DNA of 64,000 nt from Terriglobia bacterium (lineage in GTDB: Bacteria > Acidobacteriota > Terriglobia > Acidiferrales > UBA7541): positions 3,840,001-3,904,000 of the forward strand of contig OY968796.1 in assembly GCA_963695545.1 (NCBI GenBank). Direction: 5' to 3'. This document shows positions 37,681 to 46,815 of this stretch, in pieces (the first letter of the stretch is position 1; every line of letters begins with the position of its first letter). The position numbers were made by a program, and so were the translations under genes. The notes beneath the pieces are model-generated. The model did not search any database. It was not told the origin of the DNA and was given only the letters and a program-made list of their open reading frames with translations.

Positions 37681-38361
37681 ATGATGAAGGCCCAGTCATT
37701 CCGTTTCGCGCTGTGCACATTTGGAATTATTGCTTTCTGCCTTGTGCTCTCGCCAAGACCTTGCGCGGCCGACCCGACCGCGATCGGCCCTTCGACTAGC
37801 AGTACCTTGGAGGCTGCCTCCTATTCTTATGAGATTCCGGGTGCGCTCGTGGTGAGCGGGTACGCAACAGGCAGCACCTACGATGCCGGCTTCGAAGGCG
37901 CGGTATTCTGTGGTGGCGACGGTTCATGGTCTTGGTGCAGCGGCGGCGCAACGAGTTATAGTCTTGACGTTCCTGGGGTCTTTGAGGGGGCGCTCTACGA
38001 CACTGGCGCCTCCGTAACGCTGACACAGGCCTCCGTGGATAGTCCGATCGTTCTCACCTATGTTGTGGACGGCTACACGGTGGTGTTCGATCTGTATGAA
38101 GACCCGGTTTTACTCTCCTCGCTCACGTATGAATCGCCCGAAGTAGACGGAGTCAGCTACGTTAACCTTACGGTTACAGGCGGCTGCTATGACAACAGCG
38201 CGACGCCATGTACACCCGCATCCTCCACGCCGCCGCCGTCGAACGCGCCGGAGCCAGCGTCCCTCGGTCTGCTCGCTGCGGGCCTGGCGGGATTGGGATT
38301 GATGGTCGGATTGCGCCGGCGGAAAGAACTGCTGCATCAGCGGAGTTTGGCGGCCGCGTAG
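37681..38361 (+). CDS. PEP-CTERM sorting domain protein
   Basis: AGGAG RBS, signal peptide, APEPASLGLLAAGLAGLGLMVGLRRRK. Confidence 0.9.
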   Translation: MMKAQSFRFALCTFGIIAFCLVLSPRPCAADPTAIGPSTSSTLEAASYSYEIPGALVVSGYATGSTYDAGFEGAVFCGGDGSWSWCSGGATSYSLDVPGVFEGALYDTGASVTLTQASVDSPIVLTYVVDGYTVVFDLYEDPVLLSSLTYESPEVDGVSYVNLTVTGGCYDNSATPCTPASSTPPPSNAPEPASLGLLAAGLAGLGLMVGLRRRKELLHQRSLAAA

Positions 38362-38651
38362 TTATCTGGACGTAAATATCTGGATCGCTTGGGGCTAGGA
38401 ATGCCACGCGATTTCTAGCCCCGGCGCAGCAATGCCAACAACACGCTTTGACGATCCCAGCCTTTTGACTGCCGAAGCAATCTGCTGGAACCTGCAAAAG
38501 TGAATCTTGTGGCGTCCCATGGCGGGCTGAGGGTTTCCCGCCGGGTCTAGAGCTGACGAAATTGCGATCGTGGATTACCTGCGACGCGACCCGAGCACCC
38601 ACCAGCGCACGCGGGCGTCCGGAGCGACGCGGCTGTTATAATGTTTGATTC

Positions 38652-39311
38652 ATGATGAAACGAAAATTGAGACCAAGCGGTTCGCGAAGCGCGGGGCGCG
38701 GCGGAAAGCGGCGATCGGGGCGCGCGCGGATTGTGGCGGAGGCGCGGCTGCCGACGCGGTTTGGGCCGTTTACGATTCGCGGCGTGGAGGGCGCGACGCC
38801 CGCGGAGACGGCTGTGGCGCTGGTGCACGGGCGGATTTCGGGGAAACAAGCGCCGCTGGTGCGCATCCATTCGCAATGTTTGACGGGCGACGTGTTTGGG
38901 TCGGAGCGGTGCGATTGCCGGGCGCAGCTGGAATATTCTTTGCGCAAGATCGCGAAGGCGCCGGCGGGAGTGCTGCTGTATCTTCCGCAGGAGGGGCGCG
39001 GAATCGGGTTGATGAATAAGTTGCGCGCTTATGCGCTGCAGGATCAGGGGCTCGACACCGTGGAGGCCAATCAGAAATTGGGATTTGCGGCGGATTCGCG
39101 CGATTACGGATTCTCGGCGGCGGCGCTGCGGAGGTTGGGCGTGCGGCGGGTGCGGCTGTTATCGAATAATCCGGATAAGGTCGCGCAACTGGAACGCGGG
39201 GGGATTGAAGTGGTGGAGCGCGTGCCGTGCCAGCCGCGGGCTTCACGGGCTTCGCGCGGGTATTTGGCGACGAAGAAATCTAAGATGGGGCATATTTTGG
39301 CGGGGATGTGA
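38652..39311 (+). CDS. ribA: GTP cyclohydrolase II
   Basis: LPTRFG, LVRIHSQCLTGDVFGSERCDC, QEGRGIGL.NK, DTVEAN, LLSNNPDK, YLATKKSKMGH. Confidence 0.95.
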   Translation: MMKRKLRPSGSRSAGRGGKRRSGRARIVAEARLPTRFGPFTIRGVEGATPAETAVALVHGRISGKQAPLVRIHSQCLTGDVFGSERCDCRAQLEYSLRKIAKAPAGVLLYLPQEGRGIGLMNKLRAYALQDQGLDTVEANQKLGFAADSRDYGFSAAALRRLGVRRVRLLSNNPDKVAQLERGGIEVVERVPCQPRASRASRGYLATKKSKMGHILAGM

Positions 39312-39424
39312 GCGGGCGGCGGCGTTGAAGACGGGCGCAGGGCGAGCTTGCCGCGCAACGGCCGATTGAAATAGCGACGCGTAGTTCTCTGGCGACGGCG
39401 ATCACGAGGTTAGTGGGACGCGAA

Positions 39425-39507
39425 GAGGGATTCTTCGACTGCGAGGCGACTCGTCCGCGCAACGCGGACGAAAGGAAAAAGAGTCGCCTCTCCGCTCAGA
39501 CTGACGG
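39425..39507. repeat. Nested-hairpin repeat, homologous to 13941-14022
   Basis: GAGGGATTCTTCGACTGCGAGGCGACTCGTCCGCG..CGCGGACG..GAGTCGCCTC..CGCTCAGA.TGACGG. Confidence 0.85.
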
Positions 39508-39622
39508 CTCTTTTCTTGCGCGTCGGCGTGGAGATGTGGGCGAAACTGTGTACTCAACGACGGACGCGGTGTTCGAAGCGCGGACGGGACGATTTATCCA
39601 CAATGGAGGCGGAGCGTTCGCG

Positions 39623-39838
39623 TTAGCCGCCGCCGACTAATTGGACGATCTCGAAGCGGTCATTGGGGGCGACGGAGGTGGTGGCCCAGAGGGACTTCGG
39701 GAGGATTTCGGCGTTGCGCTCGATGGCTACGCGGTCGTGGCGCAGGGCGAGATGATCGAGGAGCTGCGCGACCGTTAACGCGGGAGGGATTTCGCGCGGC
39801 TCGCCGTTTAGCGTGATGGCGATTGCGCTGGCGGTCAC
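39623..39838 (-). CDS. thiS: Sulfur carrier protein ThiS
   Basis: ITLNGE, VAIERNAEI, D.FEIVQLVGGG C-terminus. Confidence 0.92.
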   Translation of the reverse strand: MTASAIAITLNGEPREIPPALTVAQLLDHLALRHDRVAIERNAEILPKSLWATTSVAPNDRFEIVQLVGGG

Positions 39839-40479
39839 TTTGCGCTCTTAGTCGGCGAGGGCGCGGGGCGGGGCTTGATGCGATAGCGCAATTCGGCGCG
39901 CGACGCGCCGGAAGTTGCGACGAGCACGAGAACCGCGACTTCGGGCACGGATTCGGACAGAGGCAATTCCAGGATCACTTTGCCGGCGAGATCGGCGATG
40001 GCCGAACCCGAGGCCCTGATCAAGCCGTAACATTCGATTCGCGCTTCGACCGTGGCGCCGATGGCCGGGGCTCCGTCCTCGAACATTAGTTCGACCGTGA
40101 TCACCGCCGGAGCGGGCTCGCCCGGTGAGACAGGCGCTTCGCGCTTCAGCCACAAATTGGGATTGAGCGGGCGAATGGTGAGGGTCGCGGCTTTTTTCGA
40201 CGAGGCGCGAGCCGAGGCCGCGGCGGCGTTCGGGCGCAATTCCCCGCTTTCGATTTCCGCAACGACGGCTTGATGCTGGCGCTTGACGCGTTCGCCGATT
40301 TCCGATTCGGAATTTCCCTGCTCTTGCGCATCGCGCAAATTCGTGTGCACGCGATGGATCACGCGGCCGGAGATGTATACGACGGTGTCAAGCACGGCGC
40401 CGCCTGCGCCTCGCTGCTCGGTTTGAACGTGATAGACGATCTCGCCGACGCGTACGTTGGTGTTTAGTCCGAAGCTCAT
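39835..40479 (-). CDS. Hypothetical protein
   Basis: MSFGLNTNVRVGEIVYHVQTE..; GTGA overlap with thiS. Confidence 0.7.
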   Translation of the reverse strand: MSFGLNTNVRVGEIVYHVQTEQRGAGGAVLDTVVYISGRVIHRVHTNLRDAQEQGNSESEIGERVKRQHQAVVAEIESGELRPNAAAASARASSKKAATLTIRPLNPNLWLKREAPVSPGEPAPAVITVELMFEDGAPAIGATVEARIECYGLIRASGSAIADLAGKVILELPLSESVPEVAVLVLVATSGASRAELRYRIKPRPAPSPTKSAK

Positions 40480-40578
40480 GGGACGACCTGGCGACCTCGC
40501 GACCGCAGGCGCAGCGCGTTTTCGGTGCGCGTCCACTCGGGACATAAAAGCTTCCCAAAAAGAGGGCGCTTCGTGGAA

Positions 40579-40607
40579 TTGACCGCGCGGCAGCCGGTCG
40601 CTATTAT
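40579..40607 (+). promoter_or_regulatory. Sigma70-type promoter of nuo cluster 1
   Basis: TTGACC-N17-TATTAT ending 14 bp before the nuoA ATG. Confidence 0.65.
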
Positions 40608-40621
40608 ATTCGTTCTAGCCC

Positions 40622-41020
40622 ATGGCCGAAAACACCCTAGCGAACTACGCGCCGCTTCTTTTGCACTTCCTGCTGGCATTGGCGCTGGGGAGCGCGATCG
40701 TGGCGGTGTCGGCGATCGTGGGTTGGCGGCGGCCCTCGCGAATCAAGGAATCTCCGTACGAATGCGGCGTGGAGCCGACGGGCGATGCGCGGCAACCGGT
40801 GCCGGTGAAGTTTTACCTTGTGGCGATGGTCTTCATCCTGTTCGACGTGGAAGCGATATTTTTGTATCCGTGGGCGTACGTGTACCGGCAATTGCGGTGG
40901 TTCGGATTCGTGGAGATGCTGACGTATATCGCCATCCTGCTGGCAGGTTACTTCTATCTCTGGAAGAAAGGCGCGCTGGATTGGAATCGCTCGGCGGCGC
41001 GCGGGAACCGCGGTTCGTGA
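40622..41020 (+). CDS. nuoA: NADH-quinone oxidoreductase subunit A
   Basis: SPYECG, FYLVAMVFILFDVE..FLYPW, WKKGALDW. Confidence 0.95.
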   Translation: MAENTLANYAPLLLHFLLALALGSAIVAVSAIVGWRRPSRIKESPYECGVEPTGDARQPVPVKFYLVAMVFILFDVEAIFLYPWAYVYRQLRWFGFVEMLTYIAILLAGYFYLWKKGALDWNRSAARGNRGS

Positions 41021-41496
41021 CCGAAACACCGGACCTCGATCAGCATCCGATCGTCAAGAAATTACGGGCTTGGGAGCCTGAGGCGATCGCGGAAGCCCTG
41101 TTTTTTCGGGGCGAAACCACGTTGGTGGTGCCGCGGGAGCGGCTGCGGCGCGTGGCGGAATTTCTGGCGACCGAGCCGGATCTCGATTTCAAACTTCTTG
41201 CCGATGTCAGCGCGGTGGATCGATATCCGGTCGAGCCGCGCTTCGAGCTGAATTACCACATGGTTTCGCTATCGCGGCGCGAGCGGCTGCGCGTGCGTGT
41301 GCGCGTGGCGGGGAGCGATCCGGTGGTGGATTCGGTGACTTCGGTGTGGCCGACGGCGAATTGGCACGAGCGCGAGATTTTCGATCTGTTCGGAGTGCGC
41401 TTCGCGGGGCATCCCGATTTGCGCCGCATTCTGTTGCCCGAAGATTGGGAAACCTATCCTCTCCGCAAGGATTACCCGGTGGAGGGCCCGCGCTGA
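41017..41496 (+). CDS. nuoC: NADH-quinone oxidoreductase subunit C
   Basis: ANWHEREIFDLFGVRFAGHPDLRRILLP..PLRKDYP; GTGA overlap with nuoA. Confidence 0.93.
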   Translation: MTETPDLDQHPIVKKLRAWEPEAIAEALFFRGETTLVVPRERLRRVAEFLATEPDLDFKLLADVSAVDRYPVEPRFELNYHMVSLSRRERLRVRVRVAGSDPVVDSVTSVWPTANWHEREIFDLFGVRFAGHPDLRRILLPEDWETYPLRKDYPVEGPR

Positions 41497-42692
41497 TGGA
41501 CACCGTCGAGACCGCGATCGGGCCGGCACAAACACTGGTTCTGAACATGGGGCCGCAGCACCCATCGACGCACGGGGTGTTGCGCGTGGTGCTGGAGCTT
41601 GACGGCGAAACTATTGTGAAAGCGGTGCCGGAAATTGGGTATCTGCACACCGGCATCGAGAAGAATGGCGAGGCGCTGACTTACTCGCAAGCGATCACCA
41701 TTACGGATCGCATGGATTATCTGGCGCCGCTTTCAAACAATTTGGGTTACTGCCTGGCGGTGGAAAAACTGCTGGGCATCGAGGCGCCGCCGCGCGCGAA
41801 ATATATTCGCGTGATGCTGACGGAGCTGACGCGGATTCAGTCTCATTTGGTGTGGCTGGGGACGCACGCGCTGGATTTGGGCGCGATGTCTGTTTTTCTT
41901 TACTGTTTCCGCGAGCGCGAGGCGATCCTGAACATTTTCGAGATGGTTTCGGGCCAGCGGATGATGACGAGCTATTTCCGCATTGGCGGTTTGGCACTGC
42001 AGCCTCCGCCGGGATATCTCGATCGCGTGGCGCGATTCTTGCGGATGTTTCCGGCGCGGATCGACGATTACGAATCTTTGCTTACGCGGAATCGCATCTG
42101 GCTGGGGCGCACGCAGGGGATCGGTATTCTCGCGCCGAAGGATGCGATTGCCATGGGCGTGACCGGGCCGATGCTGCGCGCATCGGGCGTGGATTACGAC
42201 GTCCGGAAATATTTCCCGTATAGCGGCTATGACGAATTCGATTTCAACGTGCCGACGCGCACGGAGGGCGATTGTTACGCCCGCTACCTGGTGCGGGTGG
42301 CGGAGATGCGCGAGAGCCTGAAAATCGTGAAGCAAGCGATGGACAAGATTCCGTCCGAAGGCCCGATTCGCGCCGATGCACCCGGGATCGTGCCGCCAGA
42401 GCGCGAGAAAATGAAAACGGAGATGGAATCGCTGATCTACCACTTCAAAATTTTCACTGAGGGATTTTCGCCGCCGGTGGGCGAGGTGTATCAGGCGATC
42501 GAATCGCCGCGCGGAGAGCTGGGATTTTTCATCGCCAGCGACGGTTCGCCAAAGCCTTACCGGATGCGAGTGCGCGCGCCGTCGTTTGTGAATCTGCAAT
42601 CATTGCAGACGCTGGTGAAAGGGAGTTTGCTGGCAGACGTGGTGGCGTGCATTGGAACGACCGACATTATTTTGGGGGAAGTGGACCGCTGA
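41496..42692 (+). CDS. nuoD: NADH-quinone oxidoreductase subunit D
   Basis: NMGPQHPSTHGVLR, GYLHTGIEK, ESPRGELG, DIILGEVDR. Confidence 0.96.
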   Translation: MDTVETAIGPAQTLVLNMGPQHPSTHGVLRVVLELDGETIVKAVPEIGYLHTGIEKNGEALTYSQAITITDRMDYLAPLSNNLGYCLAVEKLLGIEAPPRAKYIRVMLTELTRIQSHLVWLGTHALDLGAMSVFLYCFREREAILNIFEMVSGQRMMTSYFRIGGLALQPPPGYLDRVARFLRMFPARIDDYESLLTRNRIWLGRTQGIGILAPKDAIAMGVTGPMLRASGVDYDVRKYFPYSGYDEFDFNVPTRTEGDCYARYLVRVAEMRESLKIVKQAMDKIPSEGPIRADAPGIVPPEREKMKTEMESLIYHFKIFTEGFSPPVGEVYQAIESPRGELGFFIASDGSPKPYRMRVRAPSFVNLQSLQTLVKGSLLADVVACIGTTDIILGEVDR

Positions 42693-44506
42693 TGGTGCTT
42701 CCGGCCGAAGTCGAAAAGAAATTTCAGCAATTGCTGGGCCGCTATCCGGTGAAGCGCTCGGCGCTGGTGCCGATGGCGCTCTATGCGCAGGACGCGCTGG
42801 GGAGCGTTAGCGATGAATTGATTGCTGAGATCGCGCGGCGCCTGGATTTGAACTCGCTGCAGGTGCTGGAAACGCTCGAATATTACTCGATGCTGCATCG
42901 CAAGCCGCACGGACGCAATCACGTTCAGGTTTGCACGAACATATCGTGCAAATTGCGCGGCGCGGACCGGCTGTGGGAATTCGCGCAACGCAAACTCGAA
43001 ATCGGCAACAAGCAAACTTCCGCCGACGGATTATTTTCGCTCGAAGAAGTGGAATGCATCGGCGCCTGCACCGGCGCGCCGGCTATGCAGGTGAACTACG
43101 ATTTTTACGAGAATCTAACGCCGGAGCGATTCGAGGGAATCATCGCGCGGCTGGATCGCGGCGAGCGGCCGCCATCCGTTCGGCCCACTTCCGGCGCGGT
43201 GCATCCGCGGCATCCGGCGGAAGTGCCGGTGATCAGCCGCCTATTCGGCGTGGAAAATTCGCACACGCTCGCGGTTTACTTGCAGAACGACGGGTACAAG
43301 GGACTGGAGAAGGCGCTTTCGATGTCGCCGGATCAGGTGATCGACGAAGTGAAGAAATCGAATTTGCGCGGGCGCGGAGGCGCGGGTTTTCCGACGGGAC
43401 TGAAGTGGAGTTTTGTGCCCAAGGAATCGGCGAAGGGCAAATACATCCTGGCGAATTGCGACGAGAGCGAACCCGGCACATGCAAGGATCGGCCGCTGAT
43501 GGAAATGGCGCCGCATCAATTGATCGAGGGCATGATCATCGCGGCGTACGCGGTGGGCGCGCACAACGGTTACGCGTATATCCGCGGCGAGTATCGCTAC
43601 GTGCTCGATATCGTGGAAGCCGCCGTGGTTGAGGCCTATGCAGCTGGCTGCCTCGGCAAAAACGTGATGGGCAGCGGCTTCTCGTTCGATATGGCGGTGC
43701 ACACCGGAGCGGGCGCATACGAGTGCGGCGAAGAATCGGCGCTGATGGAATCGCTCGAAGGCAAGCGCGGCTATCCGCGCATCAGGCCGCCCTTCCCTGC
43801 CGTCGTCGGGCTGTACGGCGTGCCGACGGTGATCAACAACACCGAGACGCTCTCGTCAGTGCCGGCCATTCTGCACCGCGGCGGCGAATGGTACGCGTCG
43901 CTGGGCACGCCGAAAAATGGCGGGACGCGATTGTTTTGTATTTCGGGGCACGTCAACAAACCGGGCATTTACGAATTGCCGATGGGCTTTCCGTTGAAGC
44001 GGATGATCGAGGAAGTCGCGGGCGGCATGGCGGGCGGGCGCAAGCTGAAGGCCGTGATTCCCGGCGGGAGTTCCTGCCCACTGCTGAAGGCCGATGAGAT
44101 CGAGGGCCTGGCGATGGACTACGATTCGGTGGCCAAGGCCGGCTCGATGCTGGGATCGGGCGGCACGGTGATCATCGATGAGCAGACCTGCATGGTGGAT
44201 TTGTGCCGGCGCATCATGCACTTTTACGCGCACGAATCGTGCGGCTGGTGCATTCCCTGCCGCGAAGGCACGGCATGGCTGCGGAAATTGCTCGATCGCA
44301 TTCACGACGGCGGCGGGCGCGCATCAGATATTCCGATGGTTGGCGAGCTGGCGAAAAATATGCTGGGGCGGACGTTTTGTCCTTTGGGCGACGCTGCCGC
44401 GCTGCCGACGATGAGCATCGCGAAGAAATGGCCCGAGGAATTCGAGGAGCATCTCTCCGGCAGATGCCCTTACAAACCCGCCGACGTTCTGGCCGCGGCG
44501 CTCTGA
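42692..44506 (+). CDS. nuoEF: Fused NADH-quinone oxidoreductase subunits E and F
   Basis: NuoE VCTNISC..ECIGAC followed in frame by NuoF LRGRGGAGFPTG, NCDESEPGT, GAGAYECGEE, ESCGWCIPCREG, FCPLG. Confidence 0.92.
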   Translation: MVLPAEVEKKFQQLLGRYPVKRSALVPMALYAQDALGSVSDELIAEIARRLDLNSLQVLETLEYYSMLHRKPHGRNHVQVCTNISCKLRGADRLWEFAQRKLEIGNKQTSADGLFSLEEVECIGACTGAPAMQVNYDFYENLTPERFEGIIARLDRGERPPSVRPTSGAVHPRHPAEVPVISRLFGVENSHTLAVYLQNDGYKGLEKALSMSPDQVIDEVKKSNLRGRGGAGFPTGLKWSFVPKESAKGKYILANCDESEPGTCKDRPLMEMAPHQLIEGMIIAAYAVGAHNGYAYIRGEYRYVLDIVEAAVVEAYAAGCLGKNVMGSGFSFDMAVHTGAGAYECGEESALMESLEGKRGYPRIRPPFPAVVGLYGVPTVINNTETLSSVPAILHRGGEWYASLGTPKNGGTRLFCISGHVNKPGIYELPMGFPLKRMIEEVAGGMAGGRKLKAVIPGGSSCPLLKADEIEGLAMDYDSVAKAGSMLGSGGTVIIDEQTCMVDLCRRIMHFYAHESCGWCIPCREGTAWLRKLLDRIHDGGGRASDIPMVGELAKNMLGRTFCPLGDAAALPTMSIAKKWPEEFEEHLSGRCPYKPADVLAAAL

Positions 44507-44514
44507 GACTCCCG

Positions 44515-46815
44515 ATGCCCGAACCTACAAAAGACGTCACTTTCAAGCTCAACGACAAGGACATCGTCGTACCGCCGGGCACGCTGGTGATCGAGGCGGC
44601 GCGTCGGCTGGGCACCGAAGTGCCGTCGTTCTGCTATTACCCTGGGCTTTCGCTGCAAGCGGCGTGCCGCATGTGTTTGGTGGAAGTCGAGAAGGCGCCG
44701 AAGCTGCAAACGGCCTGCACGCTGGTCGCGACGCCCGGCATGATCGTGCGCACGGACACCGATCAAGTGCACGCGGCGCGCAAGCAAATGCTGGAATTTC
44801 TGCTGACCAACCATCCGCTCGATTGCCCGGTGTGCGACAAGGGCGGCGAATGCGAATTGCAGGACATGGTTTTCCGATACGGCGCGGACCGCAGCCGTTT
44901 CGCCGAAGAAAAAATGCATCGGCCGGAAGAAAAATGGTCGGAGCTGGTTTATTACGACGCGCCGCGCTGCATCCTGTGCTTCCGCTGCGTGCGCGTGTGC
45001 GATGAGGGCATGGACGTGAAGGCGCTCGGCGTGGGACAGCGCGGCGTGCAGTCGGTGATCCTGCCGAATCGCGAAGGCGCGCTGGACTGCGAAGAATGCG
45101 GGATGTGCATCGACATCTGCCCGGTCGGCGCGCTCACGAGCGGGACTTATCGCTACCAGACGCGGCCGTGGGAAATGACCTACGTGCCGACGGTTTGCGC
45201 GCATTGCTCGAACGGGTGCAAGACGACGCTCTCCGTGCGCAATCACGAAATTCTGCGCGCCAACAATCGCGATCTTTCGGGCTTCAACAAAGATTTTCTT
45301 TGCGTGAAGGGGCGCTTCGGATTCGATTTCACGCGGCATCCGCAACGATTGCGCGAACCTCTGGTGCGCCGCAATGGAGCCTTGGTGCCCGCCAGTTGGG
45401 AGGACGCCATCGCGGAGATTGCCGGGCGGCTTGCCGGAATCTACAAGAAACATGGGCCGAGCGGAATCGGCGTGATTGGCTCAAATCGCACGACGAACGA
45501 AGAAAATTATTTGCTGGGCCGACTGGCGCGCGCGTCGCTCGGCACGAACAACGTGGATCATCACCGCTCGGCGGATTACGCCGGGTTGGTGGCGGAAGTC
45601 GGCAAGGCGGGCAAGAAAGATTCCGCGGCTTCGTTCGCCACGATGGGCGATCTTGAAACTGCGGGCGCGTTCCTGGTGATCGCGAACGATCCGACTGAGG
45701 AAAATCCGCTGGTCGCCTGGCAGATTCGCACGGCGATTCGCCATCAGGCGTCGCGGCTTTACATTTTAAATTCGCGCGCGATCAAACTCGGCCACAAGGC
45801 CACACAATTTGTAGAAACGCTGCCGGGAGGCGAAGCGGCAGCCGTGCGCTGGCTGGCGACGGGCCAAGGAAGCGCTAGCGGCGACGCCAAGGCAACTTTA
45901 GAAACGCTGCGCGCCGCGCTCGATAAGGAAACCGACCTGGTGATCCTGTTCGGCGCGGAGATCGCGGGCGGCGCGATCGCGGACTTGGTCGCTTGGGGCG
46001 CGGCTCGCGCGGGCCGCACGCGTTTCATGGCCCTGGGCGATTACGCGAATTCTCGCGGCGCCGCCGACATGGGTCTTCTGCCCGATCGCTTGCCGGGTTA
46101 CGCGCACATTTCCGACGCCGCGGCGCGCGCGGCGTTTGGCAAACGATGGGACGCGACGCTGCCTGACGCGCGCGGCCTGAACGCGGCGCAAATGACGGAG
46201 GCGGCGCTCGCGGGGCAATTGCCCGCGCTGTACGTTGTTGGCGCGAATCCCATCGAAACATTTGGCCGCGCGGGCACGGAGCGACCCACGGGGCTCGAGC
46301 TGCTCGTGGTGCATGAACTGTTCCTGACGGAGACGGCGCGCCTGGCAGACGTTGTTCTGCCGGCAGCGTGCCTTTACGAAAAAGACGGCACGGCGACGAA
46401 CACCGCCGGCGAAGTCCAAATGGTGCGCAAGGCGAGCGAGGCCATGGGGCCGCGTTCGGATTTCGATCTAGTGCGCTTGCTCTCGCACCAACTCGCGCGG
46501 CTTGGTGTGGGGCAGCCGATTCCACTGCGCACACCCGCAGCCGCGTTCGAGGAAATCAGGAAGCATGTTGCCGGCTACGGCGTTCCGTGGGCGGCTTTGC
46601 TCGGCGGAGGCGCCGAACTTTCTGCGCCGATCGCGAGCGCGAACGGCCAGCCGCCAGCGGGCCTGGTCTTCTCAGCGCACGACACTTTGTTTACGAGCGG
46701 GAGCTTGAGCCGCTACCTCAACAAGATTAACGCTCTGGCCGAAGCGGCTCCGGACGGCGTGAAGGCTGCAGGTCTCGGGGCGCCCGAATTTCACGAGCAA
46801 GAGGACCCGGCATGA
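44515..46815 (+). CDS. nuoG: NADH-quinone oxidoreductase subunit G
   Basis: ACRMCLVE, NHPLDCPVCDKGGECELQ, CILCFRCVRVC, CEECGMCIDICPVGAL, CAHCSNGC. Confidence 0.95.
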   Translation: MPEPTKDVTFKLNDKDIVVPPGTLVIEAARRLGTEVPSFCYYPGLSLQAACRMCLVEVEKAPKLQTACTLVATPGMIVRTDTDQVHAARKQMLEFLLTNHPLDCPVCDKGGECELQDMVFRYGADRSRFAEEKMHRPEEKWSELVYYDAPRCILCFRCVRVCDEGMDVKALGVGQRGVQSVILPNREGALDCEECGMCIDICPVGALTSGTYRYQTRPWEMTYVPTVCAHCSNGCKTTLSVRNHEILRANNRDLSGFNKDFLCVKGRFGFDFTRHPQRLREPLVRRNGALVPASWEDAIAEIAGRLAGIYKKHGPSGIGVIGSNRTTNEENYLLGRLARASLGTNNVDHHRSADYAGLVAEVGKAGKKDSAASFATMGDLETAGAFLVIANDPTEENPLVAWQIRTAIRHQASRLYILNSRAIKLGHKATQFVETLPGGEAAAVRWLATGQGSASGDAKATLETLRAALDKETDLVILFGAEIAGGAIADLVAWGAARAGRTRFMALGDYANSRGAADMGLLPDRLPGYAHISDAAARAAFGKRWDATLPDARGLNAAQMTEAALAGQLPALYVVGANPIETFGRAGTERPTGLELLVVHELFLTETARLADVVLPAACLYEKDGTATNTAGEVQMVRKASEAMGPRSDFDLVRLLSHQLARLGVGQPIPLRTPAAAFEEIRKHVAGYGVPWAALLGGGAELSAPIASANGQPPAGLVFSAHDTLFTSGSLSRYLNKINALAEAAPDGVKAAGLGAPEFHEQEDPA

